From positions 1 to 33,865 of the forward strand of contig JBBKWS010000024.1 of the NCBI GenBank assembly GCA_037969075.1: a stretch of 33,865 nucleotides of DNA. Direction: 5' to 3'. The notes beneath the pieces are model-generated. The model saw only the letters and a list, made by a program, of their open reading frames with translations, did not search any database and was not told the DNA's origin. The DNA is from Bdellovibrionales bacterium (GTDB lineage Bacteria > Bdellovibrionota > Bdellovibrionia > Bdellovibrionales > UBA840). Below, one piece after another: positions 27,067 through 33,865 of the stretch; the first letter of the stretch is position 1, and each line of letters starts with the position of its first letter. Made by a program: the position numbers and the translations under genes.

Positions 27067-28103
27067 AGCTCTTTAAACTTTGGATGATTAAGAACCTTTT
27101 CTTGAAGCACCTCAGCTAAATACGAATACTTATTATTTTTAGTAAGCTCACTTAAAACCGTGTCAGTTGTTTTTCTTAAATATTTTAAATACCTAGTGTC
27201 ACCTCTAGTATTATGAAAACTCGCAAAGCTGCCACAGGCTTTAAAGCATCTTTGAACGATTTGCGTCGAATAGATTTCATCAAAATGGGATCTCTCGACG
27301 CTATTTTTTGTAAATGCAGAGGCTTTAGAGAAGTAATATTTTAAAATTTCCTCTTGTATGCGTGGGTTTAAGTTTACGTAAGAGTCTTTTAATAGTGAAA
27401 CTAAGTCGTATTGAATTGGTCCAAGCCTTGCATCTTGAAAGTCAATTACATACATTTTTCCCATTTTAAACATTAAATTTCTCGAGTGGTAATCTCTGTG
27501 GCAAATAACCTTTGGCTCATTGTGAAGAGCGGCAGAAATCTCTAAAAATGTTTCTTGTAATTTTTTAGATTCATTTTCAGAAAAAGTTATCTGTAAAAAT
27601 CTTTCTAGAAAATGCTCTCTTGCATAGTTTAATTCCCAAGTAAATTTATCAACATCAAAAGCTATGTTAAATGCCGTACAGTCTTGCTTGTCGCCAGTGG
27701 CCACATAATGAATTTTAATGATTTCATCAATGGCTGATTGATAAAAAGGTAGTACAGAATCCTGGTTTGTAGATTCCCAAAATTTTCTTTCTAATGTTAG
27801 ATCACCTAGATCTTCTAATAAAACTAAACCCTTTGTGGGCTCTTTTGCGATGACTGCGGGCACGTGCACTTTAGATTCTTGAAAATGATGAAGGACACTT
27901 AAAAATGGATAGTCATTATTATCAATGAAAGGCTCCCAGCTCATCAGAACATAGGAAGCGCCTTTATCAACTATGCGATAGTACTTACGGTCTGATGCAT
28001 CGCCTGCTAAGGCAAAAACCTGAAAGGTATCAGATTTTAGGCTCTCTGCTAAAAAATCATTTAAATCACTCTGTATAAGCTCGCTCTTAGTTATTGCATT
28101 CAT
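27063..28103 (-). CDS. amgK: Aminoglycoside phosphotransferase-family anomeric MurNAc/GlcNAc kinase
   Basis: LAGDASDRKYYR, LEDLGD, HRDYHSRNLM, IDFQDARLGP..YDLVSLLKD, QR..KA.GSFA. Confidence 0.88.
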   Translation of the reverse strand: MNAITKSELIQSDLNDFLAESLKSDTFQVFALAGDASDRKYYRIVDKGASYVLMSWEPFIDNNDYPFLSVLHHFQESKVHVPAVIAKEPTKGLVLLEDLGDLTLERKFWESTNQDSVLPFYQSAIDEIIKIHYVATGDKQDCTAFNIAFDVDKFTWELNYAREHFLERFLQITFSENESKKLQETFLEISAALHNEPKVICHRDYHSRNLMFKMGKMYVIDFQDARLGPIQYDLVSLLKDSYVNLNPRIQEEILKYYFSKASAFTKNSVERSHFDEIYSTQIVQRCFKACGSFASFHNTRGDTRYLKYLRKTTDTVLSELTKNNKYSYLAEVLQEKVLNHPKFKEL

Positions 28104-28159
28104 TCCTTAAGCCTATTGAAAATAGGGGATGAAAACAACAAAAATTATCAGCAGATATT

Positions 28160-28570
28160 TTAGTGTAGCTCGCGTGGTCTAAAAGGTAAAATATTTGATG
28201 CCTGCCCTAGTTGTGCCTCTAGGTATGTTTGCCTTTGTTTTATAAGATTTTTTTGTTCTTTCAAAAGATAAAGATCATTAAATACAAGCTCAATGCAGTC
28301 CTTAATTTGCAAAATGTCATTTGGCAGTAGGTTGTGTGAATTCATAATCTCAACAGAAACAATGGTATCTCTGGCTCGGTAAATAGGAAAAATAATAGAA
28401 TCACTGTTAACAATAAATTTAGCCATTCTGTTGCGGTATACAGATTTAAACCGTTCGTCCCAATCAGGATCTTCTTCTCCATCTAGAGTGTTGAGAGTAT
28501 GTATTTCCACGTCACAGTTGTAACGCTTTCTTAGAATTTCTAGTAATCTTAGTTCTGATCCATCAAGCAT
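28160..28570 (-). CDS. Hypothetical protein (GAF-like fragment plus coiled coil)
   Basis: GAGG SD; 136 aa; IIFPIY strand followed by a helical C-terminus. Fold is a guess. Confidence 0.75.
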   Translation of the reverse strand: MLDGSELRLLEILRKRYNCDVEIHTLNTLDGEEDPDWDERFKSVYRNRMAKFIVNSDSIIFPIYRARDTIVSVEIMNSHNLLPNDILQIKDCIELVFNDLYLLKEQKNLIKQRQTYLEAQLGQASNILPFRPRELH

Positions 28571-28595
28571 GTTTACCTCTCATCATATATTTATA

Positions 28596-28611
28596 TCCAA
28601 AACTAGTGCCA
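28596..28611 (-). promoter_or_regulatory. Sigma54-type -24/-12 promoter (variant -12)
   Basis: TGGCAC-TAGTT-TTGGA versus consensus TGGCAC-N5-TTGC(A/T), 25 nt upstream of the 28570 ATG. Confidence 0.5.
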
Positions 28612-28871
28612 AAAATTGGCAACTTTAGAAGATAATTAAATCTTCTAACTGAGAGCGGGGATGCGATGTGTTCGATTTAGTGCGAGGTTTTGAGAAAGGC
28701 TTACATGGTTGCTAAGCCTATATACAGGCCTATTTCTTCTGGCGTAAAACTCACTAGAAAAAAATTCATGCCTCTGTATAAAAGTTCTCTAGGCTTGTGT
28801 TTATATGTAAAAGCCATTTAATTAATCAAATAATTAATGTAGTTTTAGTCAACCCTGTAAGTGGAGCTAGT

Positions 28872-29342
28872 ATGTTAAAATTTCTAATTGGTTCATTGGT
28901 TTTGTTGGCTGTACAAATGTTAATGAATGACTTTGCGTACGCCGGTGAGACGGGAACTCGAAATAGTGTTGTTTTAAGAGCTTGGACTTCGGAATCCCCT
29001 GTGACCCAAATGCTAAAAGAGAGCGGTGTTCTGAGGACATTTACGCAGTCACTGGTAGCTAGCTTATTACAGGATGATCAATTTAAAAATCTTACATCTA
29101 TTAATTTTCAATCGATTCAAGAGGGTGACTCTAAAGATTCAATGGTAGTTAGGTTTACGGCAGTAGATACATCTTGGTCACACGTGGGCCCAATTGTTTT
29201 TGATGCCGAAGTGAGGTCTTTAAATAGTGGCGTGATTTTAAGTGCGACTATTACTACGTGGATGGCAAAGAGTGTAAGTCAAAGAGCGTTTAGTGATAAT
29301 AGCCCTAGATACGATGTACCAAGAGCTATCATTATAAACTAA
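28872..29342 (+). CDS. Hypothetical secreted protein
   Basis: GGAG SD before ATG 28872, signal peptide (AYA|G); the stop abuts the convergent regulator stop. Confidence 0.7.
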   Translation: MLKFLIGSLVLLAVQMLMNDFAYAGETGTRNSVVLRAWTSESPVTQMLKESGVLRTFTQSLVASLLQDDQFKNLTSINFQSIQEGDSKDSMVVRFTAVDTSWSHVGPIVFDAEVRSLNSGVILSATITTWMAKSVSQRAFSDNSPRYDVPRAIIIN

Positions 29343-30902
29343 TTATCTAGCGTTTCTACGCTTATCTAATTGGTATTTTTCAACTTTCATAATTAATCCA
29401 GCGCGACTAATTCCTAACTCTTTTGCAAGTTTAGATTTATTCCAACCGGTTCTTCTTAAGCCTTCAAGAATCATATCTTTTTCTAATTCTTCAAGAGCGT
29501 CTTTCAGTTTTCCATGAATCCTTGCGCCTTGCACCTTTGATTTTTCACCAACTTCTAAAATTCTAGGGGATAGCATTTCTGGCGTAAGTTTAGTTTCGTC
29601 GCCTGCTAGAACTACAAGTCGCTCGATTTCATTTTGTAACTCTCTGATATTACCTGGCCAAAAATGGTCATAAAGTTTCTCTAAGGCTTTTTTGCTCATG
29701 GTTTTTTTGCCACCACCATGATTTTTCCCCGAGGCTTCTAAGAAATGCTCAATCAACACAGGAATATCTTCTTTTCTTTCTCTTAGAGGAGGTACCTTTA
29801 TATTAATCACATTTAAACGGTAATATAAATCCTCTCTAAAAGTCCCTTCATCAATCATCGCTTTTAAGTCTTTATTTGTAGCGGCTATGATTCTGACATC
29901 AACTCGTCTTGGCTCAGTAGCACCAACAGGAGTAAATGTACCTTCCTGTAGAACACGTAAGAGTTTTACTTGCATAGAGGGTGAGGTATCACCAATCTCA
30001 TCTAAGAAAAAAGTTCCTTTGTCAGCGATTTCAAAAAGACCTTTTTTATCTTTTACAGCCCCAGTAAACGAACCCTTAACATGACCAAATAATTCAGACT
30101 CTAATAAGTTATCATTAAAGGCAGAACAGTTTTGCACTACTAATTGCTTGCTCTTTCTTGGAGAGTTGTAATGGATAGCTTTTGCAATCAACTCTTTACC
30201 TGTACCATTTTCGCCTTGCACCAGCACAGTACTTTCGGTGCTCTTGATTTTGTCTAACAACGAATACATATCTTGCATGGGCTTAGACTTACCGATCATA
30301 TTGTCGTATTTGTATCTGCCACCCAACTCTTTATTTAACTGGTTGATACGATCGTCACGAGTTGAGATTTCTAAATGAAGTGTTACAACTTCTTGTCCTA
30401 CTAAATCTACTAGTTCGCAAAAATGCTCGCGATCTTCTGATTTTAAAACTCTAATTTTTGGAATTGCACTATCAATTACCTCAGCGGTTGCGCCAAAAGC
30501 AGCCAGCCTCTCTCTTACTTCGGCGTGTCTTTTTTCTAAATTTTCATTGTCAAAAAAGAATCCCATGGCAACAACGGTTCCTAGAAAGTCATTATCAATA
30601 ACGACAGGAAATACGGCGATATCAAATCCAGCCATTTCAAATTTTCTGATAGTATATTTTTTGTCAGTTTGTCTTAATTCATTGATGGCTTTGCCGATGG
30701 CTTCGGTGAGCATTTCTTTGCCAGTTTCTTTTGATAAGAAAAAATTAACAGCAGGGTTTGTATGGTTATACCCGTCTTTGCTAAAGCCTCTTAGATAGCC
30801 ATTCTCCTCTGTAAATACCACATCTATGTTCCACCAAGAGCTAAGAATTTGTTTTAGCTTTTTAATTACATGTATGTGTTCAAAGTCATCCCAACGAATC
30901 AT
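29343..30902 (-). CDS. Sigma54-dependent enhancer-binding activator with PocR/GAF-like N-terminal sensor and Fis-type HTH
   Basis: GENGTGKE, ESELFGHVKGSFTGA, FLDEIG, AATNKDL, FREDLYYRLNV, WPGNIREL, WNKSKLAKELGISR; GAGGAG SD before ATG 30902. Confidence 0.95.
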   Translation of the reverse strand: MIRWDDFEHIHVIKKLKQILSSWWNIDVVFTEENGYLRGFSKDGYNHTNPAVNFFLSKETGKEMLTEAIGKAINELRQTDKKYTIRKFEMAGFDIAVFPVVIDNDFLGTVVAMGFFFDNENLEKRHAEVRERLAAFGATAEVIDSAIPKIRVLKSEDREHFCELVDLVGQEVVTLHLEISTRDDRINQLNKELGGRYKYDNMIGKSKPMQDMYSLLDKIKSTESTVLVQGENGTGKELIAKAIHYNSPRKSKQLVVQNCSAFNDNLLESELFGHVKGSFTGAVKDKKGLFEIADKGTFFLDEIGDTSPSMQVKLLRVLQEGTFTPVGATEPRRVDVRIIAATNKDLKAMIDEGTFREDLYYRLNVINIKVPPLRERKEDIPVLIEHFLEASGKNHGGGKKTMSKKALEKLYDHFWPGNIRELQNEIERLVVLAGDETKLTPEMLSPRILEVGEKSKVQGARIHGKLKDALEELEKDMILEGLRRTGWNKSKLAKELGISRAGLIMKVEKYQLDKRRNAR

Positions 30903-30981
30903 GATTATCTCCTCAAAGTACTCAATGCCGCGTGCTAGACAATATATTGCTGAGCAAAATCGGTTGTTTGTGTACAACTAG

Positions 30982-31008
30982 TTATCGTCAATTGTTTATA
31001 CAACTTGA
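30982..31008 (-). promoter_or_regulatory. Sigma28 (FliA)-type promoter for the sigma54 activator
   Basis: TCAA-N15-GACGATAA with canonical spacing. Confidence 0.6.
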
Positions 31009-31052
31009 TTACTAGTTAGAGACTTTACAGAGATTTGGACTAGACAAAGGTA

Positions 31053-33818
31053 TTATGCCTTTAAGAACTTGGCTGTGTGACTAGACTTAAGGCCGATAAA
31101 ATTTTGCAAGTTTCCTTGGTATAAAAGATCGCCTCCAGCTCCTCCGCCTTCAGGACCTAGGTCTATGATATAATCAGCGTGTTTTATGACATCTAGATTG
31201 TGTTCAATGACAACAACTGTAGCGCCACTTTCAACCAGTCGATTTAAAATTTTTAGTAATATTTCAATCTCTCGAAAGTGCAGTCCGGTGGTCGGCTCAT
31301 CAAGGATATAAAGACATCCTTGATGCTTACTTATCGAAAATTCTTTGGCAAGTTTCAATCGCTGAGTCTCTCCGCCGCTAAGACTGGCAGATGACTGGCC
31401 CAATTGAATGTATTCTAACCCGACCTCACGCAGATATTGTAGGGGACGTCGAATGCTAGGAGTGGTAGTAAAAAAATGAATAGCTTGTTCAACGGTAAGG
31501 GTAAGAATGTCGTGAATATTTTTACCATCGATAGTGATTTCAAGAACTTCAGATTTAAAGCGCTTTCCTTTACATTCATCGCAAAGAATCTTTACCTCAT
31601 CTAAAAATTGCATTTCGATGGTTTCATAGCCCTCGCCTCGACAGGTGGGGCATCTTCCTCCGTCAACATTTAGACTAAATGTGCCGGGCTTGTAGCCGCG
31701 CCGTTTGGATTCCTTTGTGTCAGCATACATTTTTCTTATGTCATCAAATGCACCCATAAAAGTAACGGGGTTACTTCGGGCATTTTTACCTACTGATCTT
31801 TGATCAATTAAGTTCACAGACTTTAGATGGTCTGCACCAAAAATACTTTTACAAGGGAGGCTTTCTTTAAATTCTACACCTAGCGCTCGTGCCATTAGAG
31901 GATAGAGGGTTTGAGTTACGAGTGAGGATTTTCCTGAGCCACTAACTCCGGTGACAACAATAAGTCGATTTAGAGGAATCTTAATATCTATATTTTTAAG
32001 ATTGTGACCAGTGCAACCATACAGTTCAACATAGCGATCTTCATTAGTTGGTAGCACTCTATCTGGCGGTTTTATTTTTACTGTTGTGTCATCTAAAATA
32101 TATTTTGCCGTTAATGAATTTTTATCTTTTAAAAAAACAGATTTATCACCCTCAAACACAATGGTGCCGCCGTGCGAACCAGATCCTGGCCCCATCTCAA
32201 TGATGTAGTCCGCTGAATGAATTACATCGTGGTCATGTTCAACCACGACTAAGGTGTTTCCTTGTTCTTTTAGTTCGTGTAGTATTTCGATTAGTTTTTG
32301 GTTATCTCGTGGATGCAAGCCAATTGTGGGCTCATCAAGCACGTAAAGTACTTGCGATAAGCCCATCCCAAGTTGAGTGGCCAAGTGAATCCTTTGGTAT
32401 TCTCCGCCTGACAATGTGCGGGTGGCGCGGCTTAGAGTTAAGTATTCGACGCCGACTCTAAGTAAAAAACTTAGGCGAGAATGCAGTTGTTTTAAGACTT
32501 CAGCAGAAATAGTTTTTTCTGCTGGCGTAAGGCGAATGGATTTAATAAAATCAAATAGATCTTGTAAATTAATATCAGAAATTTCTGCAATAGATTTTTC
32601 CATGATTCTTACGGCACTTACTTCTGGTTTAAGTCTTGTGCCATTACAGGTCTTACATAAAAAAGGGCTTTTGTAGCGAGCCAAAAAAATCCTGACATGC
32701 ATTTTATATTTTTTAGTCTCTAAATATTTAAAATGCCCCATGATTCCATCAAACGTACCTTTACCATTCCAAATATCTTCTTTTTGTTTGTCATCTAAAA
32801 GGTTCCATGGAGTGTTTAAATCTATTCCCTCTTTTTTGGCAAATTTTCTGAGTTGGGCCTTTTCTGCAGTGGTTGAGGGCATATGAAAAATACTTACAGC
32901 CCCTTTTGCAATACTTAATTTATCATTTGGAATAACTTTATGTTTGTCGATCGTAAGCGTATTACCAAAGCCGCTGCAATCCGTGCAGGCTCCAACAGGA
33001 GAGGCAAAACTAAAAAGTGCTGGCGTAATTGTCGGCAAGCTAAATCCACAAATAGGACAGGCAAATCGTTCGTCTAACTTTAGATCTTCGCCATCAGTTG
33101 AGATCACATAAGCTTTGCCAAATATTTCGTGGTTATATTTTTGATAGGCCTCATAACAAGTTCTTAATGAGTCAGTAACTCGTCCTCTTGATTCTTCGTT
33201 GATCGCTAATCGATCTACGAGAATATAAAAACCGATTTTATTGATTTTTGTTTTAGGATTAATTTCAATGATTTCTTTAGTGGCTGTATTGTAAAGGCGT
33301 CCGTAACCGTCTTGCAATAGTTGGGCGAGGGCTTCTTTGGGTTTTAGTTTATTGCCAACGGGGCATAAAAAATAAACTCGCTTTTCAAGAAATTGTTTAA
33401 AAACTTTTTCAGTTGCAGTCCCAAGGCTGTCTGACTCGATAGGTACATTATGAGTTGGGCATTTTGCTTTTCCAATTTTGGCATACAGAAGTCTCAGGTA
33501 ATCTAAAATTTCTGTTGTAGTGCCAACGGTTGATCTTGAATTTTTGACATGATTTTTTTGTTGTAAGGCGATAGCTGGCGGAATGTTTTCAACTCTATCT
33601 ACATCAGGCTTGGGTGCTGTTTGCAAAAACTGTCTGGCGTAGTTTGAAAGGCTTTCGATGTAGCGGCGTTGTCCCTCTCCGTATAAGCTTTCAAAAGCAA
33701 GGGAGCTTTTTCCTGAGCCACTGGGGCCACAAATAACAGTAAATTTTCCTACAGGAATCTTAACATCAATATTTTTAAGATTATTTTGTTTTACACCAAA
33801 CAGTCGTATCGAATCCAT
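31053..33818 (-). CDS. uvrA: Excinuclease ABC subunit A
   Basis: Two ABC ATPase modules (GPSGSGKSSLAF, GVSGSGKSSL, LSGGE twice, LDEPT twice), Zn fingers, EGQRRYIESLS. Confidence 0.97.
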   Translation of the reverse strand: MDSIRLFGVKQNNLKNIDVKIPVGKFTVICGPSGSGKSSLAFESLYGEGQRRYIESLSNYARQFLQTAPKPDVDRVENIPPAIALQQKNHVKNSRSTVGTTTEILDYLRLLYAKIGKAKCPTHNVPIESDSLGTATEKVFKQFLEKRVYFLCPVGNKLKPKEALAQLLQDGYGRLYNTATKEIIEINPKTKINKIGFYILVDRLAINEESRGRVTDSLRTCYEAYQKYNHEIFGKAYVISTDGEDLKLDERFACPICGFSLPTITPALFSFASPVGACTDCSGFGNTLTIDKHKVIPNDKLSIAKGAVSIFHMPSTTAEKAQLRKFAKKEGIDLNTPWNLLDDKQKEDIWNGKGTFDGIMGHFKYLETKKYKMHVRIFLARYKSPFLCKTCNGTRLKPEVSAVRIMEKSIAEISDINLQDLFDFIKSIRLTPAEKTISAEVLKQLHSRLSFLLRVGVEYLTLSRATRTLSGGEYQRIHLATQLGMGLSQVLYVLDEPTIGLHPRDNQKLIEILHELKEQGNTLVVVEHDHDVIHSADYIIEMGPGSGSHGGTIVFEGDKSVFLKDKNSLTAKYILDDTTVKIKPPDRVLPTNEDRYVELYGCTGHNLKNIDIKIPLNRLIVVTGVSGSGKSSLVTQTLYPLMARALGVEFKESLPCKSIFGADHLKSVNLIDQRSVGKNARSNPVTFMGAFDDIRKMYADTKESKRRGYKPGTFSLNVDGGRCPTCRGEGYETIEMQFLDEVKILCDECKGKRFKSEVLEITIDGKNIHDILTLTVEQAIHFFTTTPSIRRPLQYLREVGLEYIQLGQSSASLSGGETQRLKLAKEFSISKHQGCLYILDEPTTGLHFREIEILLKILNRLVESGATVVVIEHNLDVIKHADYIIDLGPEGGGAGGDLLYQGNLQNFIGLKSSHTAKFLKA

Positions 33819-33824
33819 TTAGCG

Positions 33825-33853
33825 AAGGTAGCAAAGATATTAACATTTTACAA
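33825..33853 (-). promoter_or_regulatory. Sigma70 promoter for uvrA, leaderless transcript predicted
   Basis: TTGTAA-N17-TACCTT with extended TG; ATG 6 nt downstream; no SD. Confidence 0.55.
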
Positions 33854-33865
33854 AAGAAAGCCATT

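Noticed and set aside
31290..32345. Repeated GGCTCATCAAG sequence within uvrA
   Set aside because: Encodes the two LDEPT Walker B motifs of the normal internal ABC duplication.
312..32676. Many short antisense or alternate-frame ORFs in the track (e.g. 5114-5563, 10661-11035, 19132-19461)
   Set aside because: They shadow well-supported genes and lack motifs or initiation signals.
1..33865. CRISPR arrays, tRNA/rRNA, IS elements, prophage or defence genes
   Set aside because: No spaced repeats, cloverleafs, or transposase, integrase or nuclease motifs were seen by eye.

Overview
AT-rich, gene-dense bacterial chromosomal segment. Gene content and signals (YQNC lipoprotein, sigma28-type promoters, CFI-box-CTERM protein, orphan TadG-like protein) suggest a Bdellovibrionota-like predator; this is inference. 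Left end: minus-strand galU-hypothetical-priA-CFI-box protein-Rossmann-like protein. Next is a ~600 bp non-annotated interval with several RNA hairpins and a 37-aa cationic peptide ORF, then secreted/lipoproteins, an M23 peptidase, a beta-barrel protein and an unannotated 43-aa basic protein. A coupled operon holds two LpxD-like acyltransferases, a FecCD/BtuC permease, an ABC ATPase and TonB. DMT, subtilisin and DUF4267 genes follow. The right half is a peptidoglycan-salvage neighbourhood (TonB-dependent receptor, nagZ, peptide ABC permeases, anmK, murU, amgK), a sigma54 activator and uvrA. I saw no tRNA, rRNA, CRISPR array or mobile element. Top leads: (1) two tandem LpxD paralogues that have lost reciprocal halves of the inter-subunit active site, suggesting an obligate heteromeric LpxD; (2) a type I toxin-antitoxin-like locus plus a structured RNA upstream of galU.
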